The notes beneath the pieces were generated by a model. It made no database searches, was not told the origin of the DNA, and saw nothing but the letters and a program-made list of their open reading frames with translations. DNA of 64,000 nt, from the NCBI GenBank assembly GCA_965212015.1, contig OZ243037.1, positions 1,056,001 to 1,120,000 of the forward strand, read 5' to 3'. How positions within the stretch are numbered: the stretch's first letter is position 1; each line of letters begins with the position of its first letter. Positions 20,498-33,129 of this stretch are shown in pieces. A program made the position numbers and the translations under genes. This DNA is from Cenarchaeum sp. GTDB lineage: Archaea; Thermoproteota; Nitrososphaeria; Nitrososphaerales; Nitrosopumilaceae.

Positions 20498-22411
20498 ATG
20501 AACCAAATAGCAACAAACCGCATGCAGGATGCAGACCGCGCAAGAATCGGCCTAAAGGTGGGACTGGAGATACACCAGCAGCTGGCAACTGGCAGAAAGC
20601 TGTTCTGCGGCTGCAGCCAAAGGGAGGCAAAAAAGTACAAGAAAAAATTCTCGCGCAGGATGCGCATAACCAGGGGCGAGATGGGACGGTACGATCCGGC
20701 GGCACTCTTTGAAAAGGGTAAATCAAGGACAATGGTGTATCATTCCGCCCCGGAGAGCAGCTGCCTTGTGGAGGAGGACGAGGAGCCCCCGCACGAGCTA
20801 GACGCAAAGGCAAAAAACACCGCGCTCCTCATAGCATCGTGCCTCAGCTCCAGGATATTCGGCGAGATCTTTCCCATGAGAAAGATGGTAATAGACGGCT
20901 CAAACACGTCGGGATTCCAGCGGACCATGCTGGTATCGCAGGGCGGGACCCTGCGGGCAGGCGGCCTTGAGGTGGGGGTGCAGTCAGTATGCCTCGAGGA
21001 GGATGCCGCAAGGCTGATCGGCGACAGGGGGGAGTTCAGGGAGTACGGCCTTGACAGGCTCGGAGTCCCCCTAGTCGAGATTACACTTGATCCCATAGAG
21101 GCCACGCCCAAAAAAATAAGGCAGGTCGCGCTGGATCTTGGAAGGATGCTGCGGGCCACCAAAAAGGTGGGCAGGGGCCTGGGATCAATCAGGCAGGACG
21201 TAAATGTCTCGGTGGCCGGCGGCGGCGTGGTGGAGGTAAAAGGCGTGCAGCAGCTCGACCAGCTAGAAAAGGTCATAGAGTTCGAGGCCGCCCGCCAGGA
21301 GGGGCTGATGATGATTGCAAAAAAACTAGAGGGTACCGGCAAGGTTGAGAAAAAAATACGGGACATAACTGAATCCATGCGCGGCTGCAGCTCGGAGATA
21401 ATCCGCAGGTCCGTAAAAAACGGCGACATTGTCTGCGCCATGCTTTTTCCAAACTTTGCAGGCATGTTTGGCTATTCGCCCTTTGAGGGAGTGAGGCTGG
21501 GTGCAGAAATCGCGCAGCTTGTGAGGTTTTACGGGATTGGCGGGGTGTTTCACTCTGATGAGCTGCCAAACTATGGAATCGGGGAGGCAGACGTAAGGAC
21601 GATCAGAGGCGAGATAGGCGCAGGGGACGGCGACGGGTTTTTGGTAATGGCGCTGCCAAAGTCAAGGTACGACACTGTTCCAGATCAAATCATAGACCGC
21701 ATAAGGCAGGCCCAAAAGGGCGTGGGTTCTGAGACCAGGCTGGCCAGACAGGACGGCCGGACCGTATTTCTGAGGCCCAGGCCGGGGCCCTCGAGAATGT
21801 ATCCAGAGACTGATGTCCCGCCCATAACGGTCTCGCAGGCAGAGATGGAATCGGCAAGACAAAACATTCCAAAGCCGTGGGACGAAATGATTGCAGAGCT
21901 GGGGGCAAGGTACGGCCTGAACGCCCAGCTCGCAGAGCAGATTATGGATTCGGGATACCAGGAAGTGTTTGAAGCTGCGTGTGCGGACGGAAAAATACCG
22001 GCAAACTTTGCGGCCTCTGCCCTGTGCTCTACGATTACAAGCCTGCAAAGAAAGGGGCTGGATGAAAAGCTGCTGACAGGCGAGATGATTCTGCGCTGCT
22101 TTGAGCTGCTGGCAAAAGAAAAAATCACAAAGGAATCGCTAGAGACCATATTTGAGGGCGTGATGGACGGCAGCGCGGATTCAGTTGATGAGGCGGTGCA
22201 ATCCATGGCAGCGGGCCCCGTGTCTGACGGCGAGCTGTCCCGTATACTAGACGGGATAATCGGCGACAACCAAGATATGGTCACACAGCAAGGCGAGCAT
22301 GCAATCGGAATGCTGATGGGAATTGCAATGAGGGAATTGCGCGGAAGGGCGCCGGGTGAAAAGATAAGCAAAATGCTTGCAGCAAAGATTCAGGAGAGTA
22401 ATAAAAAGTAA
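20498..22411 (+). CDS. gatE: Glu-tRNA(Gln) amidotransferase subunit E
   Basis: GLEIHQQL..KLFC, DGSNTSGFQRT, RMYPETD. Confidence 0.96.
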   Translation: MNQIATNRMQDADRARIGLKVGLEIHQQLATGRKLFCGCSQREAKKYKKKFSRRMRITRGEMGRYDPAALFEKGKSRTMVYHSAPESSCLVEEDEEPPHELDAKAKNTALLIASCLSSRIFGEIFPMRKMVIDGSNTSGFQRTMLVSQGGTLRAGGLEVGVQSVCLEEDAARLIGDRGEFREYGLDRLGVPLVEITLDPIEATPKKIRQVALDLGRMLRATKKVGRGLGSIRQDVNVSVAGGGVVEVKGVQQLDQLEKVIEFEAARQEGLMMIAKKLEGTGKVEKKIRDITESMRGCSSEIIRRSVKNGDIVCAMLFPNFAGMFGYSPFEGVRLGAEIAQLVRFYGIGGVFHSDELPNYGIGEADVRTIRGEIGAGDGDGFLVMALPKSRYDTVPDQIIDRIRQAQKGVGSETRLARQDGRTVFLRPRPGPSRMYPETDVPPITVSQAEMESARQNIPKPWDEMIAELGARYGLNAQLAEQIMDSGYQEVFEAACADGKIPANFAASALCSTITSLQRKGLDEKLLTGEMILRCFELLAKEKITKESLETIFEGVMDGSADSVDEAVQSMAAGPVSDGELSRILDGIIGDNQDMVTQQGEHAIGMLMGIAMRELRGRAPGEKISKMLAAKIQESNKK

Positions 22412-22439
22412 AAATAAACGGATATGCTCCGTTTAGGAC

Positions 22440-22700
22440 TTAGCCTTCTACCCAGCGTTTGCTGGTTCCCCTATTGGTCCTAACCCAGTGACCCTTGCCA
22501 GACGGCCTGCCCTTGGTTTCGGCAATGTCGCCTAGTTTGATCTTTCTGGTGCCACGACCTATAGTTACATAGACGTCCTTGGCAGCCGCCTTTCGGGCCG
22601 CCTGCACGTCCTTGTATGCCTTGCCAGTCCAATTATCAGCTTCCTTTTCAGATACTCTGCGCGAAGTGCCTCTGCCTCCGACTCGAACTATTTTACCCAT
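22440..22700 (-). CDS. small basic protein with three RGT repeats
   Basis: 86 aa, K/R-rich; VGGRGTS, TIGRGTR, TNRGTS. Confidence 0.6.
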   Translation of the reverse strand: MGKIVRVGGRGTSRRVSEKEADNWTGKAYKDVQAARKAAAKDVYVTIGRGTRKIKLGDIAETKGRPSGKGHWVRTNRGTSKRWVEG

Positions 22701-22788
22701 GCAGGACTTTATTTCCCATCGGTTTTAAAGTTGTTTATTCCGGCGTGGCCGGCCATTCCGGCGTATATTTGGCAGGCCCAGGATCGCT

Positions 22789-23319
22789 CTACTTTAGGGT
22801 TTCTGAGGGTATCGTGCCCTTTTTTCCGACTAGCAGGCTGCGCGATCTCAGCGTCATTCTTATCAGGACGAATCCCAGCGCGGTGGTTACGGCCCCAAAC
22901 AGAATGTTCATAATGTTCGCATCGCTGCCGGTGGACATCATTGTAAAGACCAGCCCCAGGACCATCATCAGGCCGCCCAGGCCCGCAAAGATCATCAGCA
23001 CCAGGGGTAGCTGTTTTGGCTGCCTTTTTAGCTGCTTTGTGAGGGGGATGACCGGTATGACGCCGTTTTCGACTGCCTCTGCACACACGTGGCAGTACCT
23101 CTTGTGCTTGTTCTCCTTTGTGCCGGTCTTTAGAAAATAATAGTGCACGCTGCACAGATCACAGGGCCTCGTGGGAAGCGTAATCCTGGCATACTTGTCA
23201 AAGTCCTGCCCCAGTACCAGCATGCACTTTTTACAATAGTATCCGGGAATTCTCCACATTTTCTGGAACTTGTATTTCTTCCATCCCAGTATGACTCCGC
23301 AGCCACTACAATGTGTCAC
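22789..23319 (-). CDS. zinc-finger membrane protein
   Basis: Four CxxC pairs followed by two TM helices; start overlaps the transporter stop. Confidence 0.7.
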   Translation of the reverse strand: MTHCSGCGVILGWKKYKFQKMWRIPGYYCKKCMLVLGQDFDKYARITLPTRPCDLCSVHYYFLKTGTKENKHKRYCHVCAEAVENGVIPVIPLTKQLKRQPKQLPLVLMIFAGLGGLMMVLGLVFTMMSTGSDANIMNILFGAVTTALGFVLIRMTLRSRSLLVGKKGTIPSETLK

Positions 23320-25349
23320 TTGTCTTCGCCGCTTTCAGATTCCGGTATCGGCTTTGATCCTCGCATTACCTTTGCGATTCCTTGCCTTGCCTCGATTATC
23401 GGCAGTCCGACTATAAAGAACGTCGCAACGCTCACCCAGACTACGGATATGCCCACCCATAGCGAGTAAAAGCCGATATCAAAGACGTATGCCGAAAAGA
23501 ACAGCGGCAATGGCCATGCTATAATTAATACTAGCGTCATTAGTCCACCGCCCTTTAGGCTGAACTTGAAGGCCTTTTTGAGGGTCGCCTCGTCTGCATC
23601 CATGCTTGCGGCCTGCTCCTTTGTGGCATCGACTAGCTTTATCTTTTCCTTCATCTGCTCCCAGTCAAACCTTGCCGGCCTGATCAGGCTGCCGATTCCT
23701 GCAATGGCGCCGCCAGTCAGGATTCCTGCGATATTGCCAAACAGCATTGAATAATTGTGTCCTAGCGTGTCAAGTGAGACTGCGCCGGCAAACATTAGGC
23801 TGGGCTCCCACTCGTCTGTAAACAGCATTGCCGGTGATGAGGATGCGATTCCGGCCCATGTTATTAGCGCAACACTCAGTCCGGCGACGGCCCCTATAGT
23901 CGCCGCATACTTGTTTGTCCGCCGCCACGTTATGGTAAGCGCTATTGGAATTACCGCCGAGCCGATAAGAACACCCATCGCCAGATAGACGAATCCCAAG
24001 CTCAGTCCTATGCTTAATAGTATAACTGCCAGTCCGCCCATTCCCAGTCCAAATCCGACTATGGTGATACGCGAGACCTTTAGGAGTTTTTTGCCGGTGG
24101 CGTTCGGATTCTTGTACGTCCGGTACACGTCGTACGTGATTAGCGACGATACCGCAATCAGCTCTGCGGATCCGGCCGACGTTACTGCCATGAATAGCAT
24201 TGTAAGCACCATTACTGCCCCAATCTCGCCCATCAGCGCCGTGGCAGCTGCAGGTACGGTAAGGCCCAGCTGGACCTGTTCTGGGGTAAGATCCACCCCA
24301 AGCGCGACTGCCGTGAGTCCCATGGTAGTCGCCAATGTAAACGGAATTGCAAACCAGCACGCGCCGCCCAGCAAAAAGCCCTTTACGGTGGATGTCGGCC
24401 TGGCGGCAATCGCCCTCTGCCAGTATGCCTGGTCTACAAACACGGTGCCAAAGTTTCCGACAATATTGATGATTCCAAATATCAGGCCGCCGATGGAGGC
24501 CATTGTAAGGTATGCGCCTGCGGCGTTTCCCTCGACGGGGTGCAGCCTGGCGGCCTCTGTAAGCTTTTCATACATGCCGTCGATTCCGCCCGTGACTGGA
24601 CTGATAAAGTACACCACGGTCACAAACGTCAGTATTACCGCAAATATGACAATGGTATGCATATAGTCGGCGACAAAGGTCGCTTTAAGACCTCCCACCA
24701 GCGTGTAAATCATTACTCCTATGGGGATTAGAAACGCCGCAATGGAAATATCCATTCCCGTCAGGCCGTTGACCACCGCTGCGCCACCAAGGAGCAGCAT
24801 TGCGGTGACTATCATGTTTGTCATTAGTGCAAAAACCAAAAAGACGCGGTGTGCGCCGTCGCCGTACCTTGCGCGGATGATTTCAAGAAAAGTGTGAGCG
24901 TTTGGAGCCTTTCTCTTTAGCTCTATTGCCAGTATTCCAAATAGCAGCACCTGTATGGATGCGCCTGCCGCATACCAGAACGGGCCGCTTATTCCGTACT
25001 GATAGGCCACCGTCGAGGACTGGAGCAATGTCGCAGCCCAGGTCCAGGCAGAGACAATTGCCGCTGCCGTCAGTCCGGTCTTTATGACCCTTCCTGCGGT
25101 GTTGAACCATTCTGACGTCTGCGAGACGCCAAGATACTTTTCTTCAATCTTGGTCTCTATTGTAATGACTACTGCAAATACGGCTCCCAGGCCCACTACT
25201 ATGAACCAGCCCCAGCTTTCATCGAGTGCTTCGCCTAGGGCAAAGCCTTCTGAGATGGCGCCTGCGCCAAAGACCGACTGGGGTGCTATGGCAAAGGCTG
25301 CAATTATGGCAAATAACGGAATGATTCTGACCAGATTTCCTGATTTCAC
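23316..25349 (-). CDS. sodium:solute symporter, DUR3-like urea transporter
   Basis: SAWTWAATLLQSS, GNFGTVFVDQAYWQRAIAA; adjacent to ureC. Confidence 0.9.
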   Translation of the reverse strand: MKSGNLVRIIPLFAIIAAFAIAPQSVFGAGAISEGFALGEALDESWGWFIVVGLGAVFAVVITIETKIEEKYLGVSQTSEWFNTAGRVIKTGLTAAAIVSAWTWAATLLQSSTVAYQYGISGPFWYAAGASIQVLLFGILAIELKRKAPNAHTFLEIIRARYGDGAHRVFLVFALMTNMIVTAMLLLGGAAVVNGLTGMDISIAAFLIPIGVMIYTLVGGLKATFVADYMHTIVIFAVILTFVTVVYFISPVTGGIDGMYEKLTEAARLHPVEGNAAGAYLTMASIGGLIFGIINIVGNFGTVFVDQAYWQRAIAARPTSTVKGFLLGGACWFAIPFTLATTMGLTAVALGVDLTPEQVQLGLTVPAAATALMGEIGAVMVLTMLFMAVTSAGSAELIAVSSLITYDVYRTYKNPNATGKKLLKVSRITIVGFGLGMGGLAVILLSIGLSLGFVYLAMGVLIGSAVIPIALTITWRRTNKYAATIGAVAGLSVALITWAGIASSSPAMLFTDEWEPSLMFAGAVSLDTLGHNYSMLFGNIAGILTGGAIAGIGSLIRPARFDWEQMKEKIKLVDATKEQAASMDADEATLKKAFKFSLKGGGLMTLVLIIAWPLPLFFSAYVFDIGFYSLWVGISVVWVSVATFFIVGLPIIEARQGIAKVMRGSKPIPESESGEDK

Positions 25350-25446
25350 AAGGTTCGGTATATCGTGGTTTACTTAGGAATTCAGGCAAGTAATGTCTTT
25401 AAATACCCAGTTTCGGACCCGCCCAAATAGTCGATGTCGGCACAAA

Positions 25447-27155
<1,709 letters not shown>

Positions 27156-27159
<4 letters not shown>

Positions 27160-27521
27160 GCCCCCCCGAACCCCCGCTCTTTTGCCTTTAGCAGCGCGTC
27201 TGCCTTTTTTTCATCCAGCCTTCCGTTTACCAGTCCGTTGAATCCAAAGACGGTCTTTTTTCCGCCGTACTCTGTGAGCTCTACTGTTCTGGAATCGCCC
27301 GGCTCAAAGCGCACCGATGTGCCCGCAGGTATGTTGAGGCGGAACCCGTAGGCCTCCTTTCTTGGAAAGGACAGGGCCGCGTTTGCCTCAAAGAAATGCG
27401 CATGCGAGCCCACCTGAATCGGCCGGTCGCCCGTATTGGAGACCTTGATTGATATGGTGTCTTTTCCTGCATTGGCGGCAATTTCGCCGTCGGATATAAT
27501 GTATTCACCGGGCCTCATCAC
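27156..27521 (-). CDS. ureB: urease subunit beta
   Basis: [29 protein letters not shown]. Confidence 0.97.
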
Positions 27522-27524
27522 ACA

Positions 27525-27824
27525 TCACACTATCGGGTCGTGTACGGTAACCAGCTTTGTCCCGTCCTCAAAGGTCGCCTCTACCTGGAGCGAGTGAATC
27601 AGGCCGGGGACCTCCGGCATTACGTCGTCCTTTGAGAGTATCTTTTTGCCGGATCCCATCAGCTCAGAGACCTGTTTGCCGTCGCGCGCGCCCTCCAGTA
27701 TGTGATCGGTTATCAGCGCTATGGCCTCGGGGTGGTTTAGCTTGAGGCCGCGCTCCATCCTGCGTCTTGCAAGCTGTGCGGCCAGAAAGATGTGCAGTTT
27801 ATCTATATCCCTTGGTGTAAACAT
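27525..27824 (-). CDS. ureA: urease subunit gamma
   Basis: [36 protein letters not shown]; true start is ATG 27824. Confidence 0.96.
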   Translation of the reverse strand: MFTPRDIDKLHIFLAAQLARRRMERGLKLNHPEAIALITDHILEGARDGKQVSELMGSGKKILSKDDVMPEVPGLIHSLQVEATFEDGTKLVTVHDPIV

Positions 27825-27827
27825 TGG

Positions 27828-27850
27828 ATAGATTATCGGCGTTAATCTAT
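27828..27850. promoter_or_regulatory. 8-bp inverted repeat (ATAGATTA-N7-TAATCTAT) in the ureA/ureE divergent promoter
   Basis: Perfect dyad lying between the ureA start and a TATA-like element. Confidence 0.45.
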
Positions 27851-27962
27851 ATAATAATTGGGTATGTAGGCCGGAATTTTTCGGATCATGCGAGGCTGCG
27901 CCGGATTCTGCGCACCATACGGCATAGGAAAATATAATTCGCATCGGCGCGGCCGTAAATGC

Positions 27963-28442
27963 ATGCTTGTAGTCACGTCTATTATGGGAAACATCTTTGA
28001 GGATGAAAAGTTCAAGAGTGTGGACTGTGAGCGGATTACCGTTCTGCGATCCGAGATGGAAAAAAGAAGGATGCGGGTAAGGACCAATACCGGCACAGAC
28101 GTGGGGGTGTCGCTGGACTCGGGTGTGGTGCTGCGCCACGGCGATGTTCTTGCGGGAGACGGGAGGCTCGTCGTTGTAGAGCAGGCCCCCGAAAAGGTAA
28201 TCTCGCTTAAACTCAGACAAGGTGCGCCAGCTGAGCTGCCGGTCCTTGCTGGCCACATCATAGGAAACAGGCACCGGCCCATTACGGTAGATGACGGGAG
28301 GGTGCTGTTTCCAATACAGGCAGATTCCGAGCTGCAAGTCTTTGAGAGGCTGTTTGCAGGTATTGCAGATGATGTTGAAATGTCAATAGAGGAGATTATA
28401 TTCCAGCCCCATACGGGGGCAGGCGTGCACGGGCATGCATGA
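27963..28442 (+). CDS. ureE: urease accessory protein UreE
   Basis: [17 protein letters not shown], His-containing C-terminus; start at ATG 27963. Confidence 0.9.
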   Translation: MLVVTSIMGNIFEDEKFKSVDCERITVLRSEMEKRRMRVRTNTGTDVGVSLDSGVVLRHGDVLAGDGRLVVVEQAPEKVISLKLRQGAPAELPVLAGHIIGNRHRPITVDDGRVLFPIQADSELQVFERLFAGIADDVEMSIEEIIFQPHTGAGVHGHA

Positions 28443-29121
28443 CTCTGATCTGGACATGCTGCAGCTGTCCGATTCCATATTTCCCACCGGCCTGTTTGCC
28501 ACATCAAACGGGCTGGAATCGCTGTTCCTGGACAAAAAGGTCACGACGGCAAAGGAGCTGACAGAGCTAAACAGGGTGTTCATAGAGCAGCAGGTCGGGC
28601 CCTGCGACTGCGTCGCCCTGTCCAGTGCGTACGGGCATTGCATATTATCTGACTATGAAAAGCTAAAGGAGACAGACGGAATATGCGTCTCGCTAAAAAC
28701 CATAAAGGAGACCAGAGATGCCGCAGTAAGATCCGGCATACAGCTTGTCAAATGCGTCAAAGAGTTCCAAAGGGACGGGATGCTGGACCGGTACCACGCC
28801 GGCATACTAGATGAGGACGTCTCCGGCGTCTATCCCGTCTCGTTTGCCGTCTGCTGCCATGCGCTGGGAATCAAGAGGGAAAAGTCAATGCTAATGCTGT
28901 GCTATGGCTTTGTGGCAAGCAGCGTGGGGGCCGCACTGCGGCTTGGAATGATACAGCACCTTGAGGCGCAGGGTATAATCCACCGGCTAAAGCCGCCGAT
29001 ACTCAGAACGGTCCGGGAAAATTCCGGCAAGTCGATTGGCGAGATATGGCAGTTTTTGCCGCAGGCAGAGATTGGCCAGATGGACCACGAGAGGATGGAC
29101 TCTAAAATGTTTATTACGTGA
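28435..29121 (+). CDS. ureF: urease accessory protein UreF
   Basis: LQLSDSIFPTGLFATSNGLE; C-terminal HE...KMFIT. Confidence 0.92.
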   Translation: MHDSDLDMLQLSDSIFPTGLFATSNGLESLFLDKKVTTAKELTELNRVFIEQQVGPCDCVALSSAYGHCILSDYEKLKETDGICVSLKTIKETRDAAVRSGIQLVKCVKEFQRDGMLDRYHAGILDEDVSGVYPVSFAVCCHALGIKREKSMLMLCYGFVASSVGAALRLGMIQHLEAQGIIHRLKPPILRTVRENSGKSIGEIWQFLPQAEIGQMDHERMDSKMFIT

Positions 29122-29139
29122 AATTCGTGCCAAAGCTGG

Positions 29140-29796
29140 ATGGCAGGCAGGATTCCAAGAATCGGCATCGGCGGGCCCGTCGGCTCTGGAAAAAGCATGC
29201 TAATCGAGAGGATTGTCCCCGTGCTGGCAAAAATGGGCTACAATGTGAGCATTATATCAAATGATGTAATCTCAAAGGAGGACGCAGACAGGATGAGGGC
29301 CAACCTGGCAACAGACGGGGGACTGCTGCCCGAAGACCTGGTCATCGGCCTTGCCACCGGCGGGTGCCCGCACACGGCAGTAAGGGAGGATCCGTCCATG
29401 AACATTTCCGTAATAGAGGAGATTGAGAAAAAGCATCCCGGGCTGGACATGATAATCATCGAGAGCGGCGGGGACAATATCACCACCACGTTTAGCCCCA
29501 TTCTGGCGGACTATTTCATATACATAATAGACGTGGCAGGCGGGGACAAGTATCCGCGAAAGGGCGGGCTGGGAATCACAAGCTGCGACCTGCTGGTAAT
29601 AAACAAGATTGACTTGGCGCCGCAGGTGGGGGCGGACCTGAGTATTATGAAAGGCGACGCAGTCCGGACAAGGAAGGAAAAGCCGTTCGTGTTTGTAAAC
29701 TGCAAGACCGACGAGGGAATAAAAGAGACGGTATCGCACATAATACATGATCTCTTGTTTGATGAGGGGCCAAAATCCGCAATGGTGCAAAAATGA
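29140..29796 (+). CDS. ureG: urease accessory GTPase UreG
   Basis: GGPVGSGKS, TGGCPHTAVRED, ESGGDN, NKIDL. Confidence 0.96.
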   Translation: MAGRIPRIGIGGPVGSGKSMLIERIVPVLAKMGYNVSIISNDVISKEDADRMRANLATDGGLLPEDLVIGLATGGCPHTAVREDPSMNISVIEEIEKKHPGLDMIIIESGGDNITTTFSPILADYFIYIIDVAGGDKYPRKGGLGITSCDLLVINKIDLAPQVGADLSIMKGDAVRTRKEKPFVFVNCKTDEGIKETVSHIIHDLLFDEGPKSAMVQK

Positions 29797-30710
29797 ATGA
29801 CGCCGCATTTTATTTGCCGCGCGAGATTCCCGGACGAATAAGGTCGTATGATAGTATGCCAAGGCAGCTGGCAGCAAACAGGGCGGGAAAAAACGGGCAT
29901 CTGAGGGTGGTGTTCCGGAATACGGGCAATAGAACCGTCATTGCCGAGCAGCTCTCAGAGGCGCCGTTTCACGCCCAGAGGGCGCTGTACTGTGAAGAGT
30001 CGCTTTCCGGCATGGCCTATTTTTACATGGTATCATCATCCGGGGGAATCCTCCAGGGCGACAGGCACAGAATCGACGTGACGGCAGAGAGGGACTCTGT
30101 CGTACACATGACCACGCAGGGTGCCACGAGGATATACGGCATGGATGCGGGCAGTGCGACGCAGGTGCTCAACATTACGCTGGAAGATAACGCCTATCTG
30201 GAGTTCATCCCGGATCAGATAATACCGTATGGCAGCTCCCGGTTCTACCAGGAGGCGAATCTCTGCGTCAATAATGATGCGACGCTGTTTTATTCAGAGA
30301 TAATCACGCCGGGGCGGGTGGCCATGGGCGAGTCCTTTGCGTATGATGTGTGCCATATGAGGACTAGGGCCACAGACCAGGGCGGCGCACTGTTATTCAC
30401 CGATGCCGCAAGCATGGAGCCGGCGAGGCGAAATTCCTCGTCGTTTGGCATACTGGGAAAATACACCATAACGGGCTCTGTCTATATACTTGGTAGGAAT
30501 GTTCCGGAACTGCACCAAAAAATAAACGCCCGAATTACAAGTGACAATAAAGTATCCGGGGGCGCAAGCATGATGAGGAATAATGCGGGACTGCTGGTAA
30601 GGATTCTCGGATGCGAGACAGAGCAGGTAAGGGGAATAATATTTGGCATTGCCGGTATGGTAAGAAAAGAGTGCACCGGTGCGTCATTCTCTCCTGTCAG
30701 AAAGAGCTAA
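29793..30710 (+). CDS. ureD: urease accessory protein UreD/UreH
   Basis: SSSGGILQGD, TTQGATRIY, PGRVAMGE. Confidence 0.9.
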   Translation: MNDAAFYLPREIPGRIRSYDSMPRQLAANRAGKNGHLRVVFRNTGNRTVIAEQLSEAPFHAQRALYCEESLSGMAYFYMVSSSGGILQGDRHRIDVTAERDSVVHMTTQGATRIYGMDAGSATQVLNITLEDNAYLEFIPDQIIPYGSSRFYQEANLCVNNDATLFYSEIITPGRVAMGESFAYDVCHMRTRATDQGGALLFTDAASMEPARRNSSSFGILGKYTITGSVYILGRNVPELHQKINARITSDNKVSGGASMMRNNAGLLVRILGCETEQVRGIIFGIAGMVRKECTGASFSPVRKS

Positions 30711-33008
30711 TCACAGCAGTACCACGGGCTTTGAGGTGAGCTTTAGCACCTTGCTTGTAATGTGCCCAAAGTCCTCTTTAGAGTTTCCCAGCCCCTTGCG
30801 GCCCATTGCTATCAGGTCGACTTCGAGCTTGTCTGCCATCTCTGCAATCTTTACCGGCGGGTTTCCAAGCTTTACAATCCGGGAATAGCTGCTGACCTGG
30901 CGCGGGATTACAATGCTTTTTAGTATTATCCTTCCCTCTTCTTGCATCTGAAGGCCGAGCTTTTCATCCATGTTCTCCTCGTCCTCATCGGACCACTCTA
31001 TTACATACAGCAGGTAAATCTTTACCCTTGCCGCATTGCGGAACAGATAGTTTGCATTGTTTAGCGCCCGGAGGGATCTCACAGAGCCGTCCACCGGTAC
31101 TAAAATCCTCATCTCGGGCTTGTCGTGCGCGTCATCTGACCCCTGGTCATCGTACCTTTCCGTGGTGCTGGCCCGGGTTATTATCTCCCTGATGCTGGTT
31201 CTTGCCTCGATTATCGGCAGAATCATCACCACGGCTGCTGCACCAATGGCCCAGACCAGGGCAAGCACGACCCACGCGGCAAAGGACTCTGCGGTAAAGA
31301 CGTATCCCGTAAGATAAAACGACATTGGCCAGACTATCACAAGGGATACGGTTATTCCAAGGCCCACCCTCTTGCAGAATGCAGACGCCCGCCGCAGCAT
31401 TTTCTCGTCTGTGTCCTGCTTTATCATGGAGCGGATCTTGTCATCGACCAGTAGTATCTTTTGGCGCAACGCCCTAAAGTCGAATCTTTCCGGAAACAGG
31501 GCGCTTCCGGCCACGGTGATTGCCAGGCTGACCGTAATTGCCGTAATGTTTCCCACCAAAAGCGGCACAATGTCGCCGGTGGAGGAGAGCGTAATCTCGC
31601 CTGAGATCAGGCTTGCCGACATTACCCACCCCAGTATTCCGCATCCGAGGCCGACTATTGCGGCTGTAGTCGCTGCGTGCCGGTTTGTCTTTGCCCATAA
31701 AATGCCGAGGGATATCGGCGCCACTGCGGATCCTATCAGGATGCCCATCATCAGATAGACGTACTGCAGGCTGACTCCGAACTGGAACAAAACGGATGCC
31801 GTAATTCCCATGCCTATGCCGAATGCCAGTATGGTAAACCGCGATATCCTGATTAGCTCCCGTCCCGTGGCAGACGGCTTTAGGTATGTTCTGAACACGT
31901 CGTATGTCATGAGTGATGAGACACTCACCAGCTGTGACGAGCCTGCCGCAGTGACTGCGGTGAATATTATGGTCAGGATTAGAATCGCCCCGAGATCCCC
32001 CATCAGGTCAGCTGCTGCAGTTGGGGCGACAAGACCCAGTCCTATCTCGTCCTCTGTTAGTGTCACGCCCGTAGCAATGGCTGCAAGCCCCAGTGTTGTG
32101 GCAAGCGTAAATGGGATTGCAAACCACGCAAGCCCGCCAATGATGAATCCACCGGTGGCAGCCTTTGGCCTTGCGGCAATAGCCCGCTGCCAGTACGACT
32201 GGTCCACAAATACCGTGCCAAAGTTTCCGACAATGTTGATTATGCCAAATATCAGCGCGCCGACTGACGCAAGCGTCAGAAAGCTCATCTGCGCGTTTCC
32301 GTCCACCGGGTTTAGCACCGATGCTGCGCTGAGCTTGTCATACATTCCGGATATTCCCCCAATCTCCGGGCTGACAAAGTAAATACCTGCCACAAAGACC
32401 AGCACCACGACAAAGATGAATCCCGCATTGAGGTATTCGGCAAAGAATGTCGCCTTTAGCCCCCCGAATATCGTGTACAGTATAATCCCCATGGGCAGCA
32501 AAAACGCGGCAAGCGTAATGTCGACGCCGGTAAGCGAGTTTACCACCGCGGCGCCGCCGAGGACAAGCATTGCGGTGACTATAGTGTTGGTCAGTAACGC
32601 AAAGAACAGAAACACCTTGTGGGAGTGCCTGCCGTACCTGACGTACAGCATTTCCGGAAACGTGTGCGTCATTGGGGCCTTGCGCTTTAGCTCTATTGCG
32701 AGTATCGAAAATAGAATCACCTGGATGCTTGCACCTGCCGCATACCAGAACGCGCCGCCTATTCCGAACTCGAATGTCACAGTGGATGACTGCAGTAGGG
32801 TGGCCGCCCACGTCCACGCAGAGACAATCGATGAGGCAATCAGTCCTGTTTTTATCGTGCGGCCGGCAGTATAGAACCACTCGGAGGTCTTTCTGGTGCC
32901 CAGCCACTTTGTCTCTGCCTTTACCATGAGGGTCACGGCAAGGGCCATTACCAGGCCCACCCCGATTAGCACCAGATACCCGATATTCTCAGACAGAATC
33001 GCAGCCAC
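30711..33008 (-). CDS. second DUR3-like sodium:solute symporter with C-terminal UspA domain
   Basis: Same SSS motifs as 23316-25349, plus ILVPVDGS...IAMGRKG...GHITSKVL..TSKPVVLL; start placed at GTG 33008. Confidence 0.88.
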   Translation of the reverse strand: MAAILSENIGYLVLIGVGLVMALAVTLMVKAETKWLGTRKTSEWFYTAGRTIKTGLIASSIVSAWTWAATLLQSSTVTFEFGIGGAFWYAAGASIQVILFSILAIELKRKAPMTHTFPEMLYVRYGRHSHKVFLFFALLTNTIVTAMLVLGGAAVVNSLTGVDITLAAFLLPMGIILYTIFGGLKATFFAEYLNAGFIFVVVLVFVAGIYFVSPEIGGISGMYDKLSAASVLNPVDGNAQMSFLTLASVGALIFGIINIVGNFGTVFVDQSYWQRAIAARPKAATGGFIIGGLAWFAIPFTLATTLGLAAIATGVTLTEDEIGLGLVAPTAAADLMGDLGAILILTIIFTAVTAAGSSQLVSVSSLMTYDVFRTYLKPSATGRELIRISRFTILAFGIGMGITASVLFQFGVSLQYVYLMMGILIGSAVAPISLGILWAKTNRHAATTAAIVGLGCGILGWVMSASLISGEITLSSTGDIVPLLVGNITAITVSLAITVAGSALFPERFDFRALRQKILLVDDKIRSMIKQDTDEKMLRRASAFCKRVGLGITVSLVIVWPMSFYLTGYVFTAESFAAWVVLALVWAIGAAAVVMILPIIEARTSIREIITRASTTERYDDQGSDDAHDKPEMRILVPVDGSVRSLRALNNANYLFRNAARVKIYLLYVIEWSDEDEENMDEKLGLQMQEEGRIILKSIVIPRQVSSYSRIVKLGNPPVKIAEMADKLEVDLIAMGRKGLGNSKEDFGHITSKVLKLTSKPVVLL

Positions 33009-33129
33009 GGTATGATCAAAAATCACAACTGTGTTAAAAAAGTGATCCAGCAATACGGGTAATTTCAGGCATGCGGGGGCCGGCTTTGGCGGTAATTTGT
33101 TAAATAGAAGAAAAGGCCAAACCACGTAA

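Noticed and set aside
27870-27945. NrpR operator in the urease promoter
   Set aside because: No exact GGAA-N6-TTCC match.
27825-28337. 270-aa N-terminally extended UreA
   Set aside because: The extension overlaps ureE on the other strand; the canonical 99-aa UreA begins at 27824.
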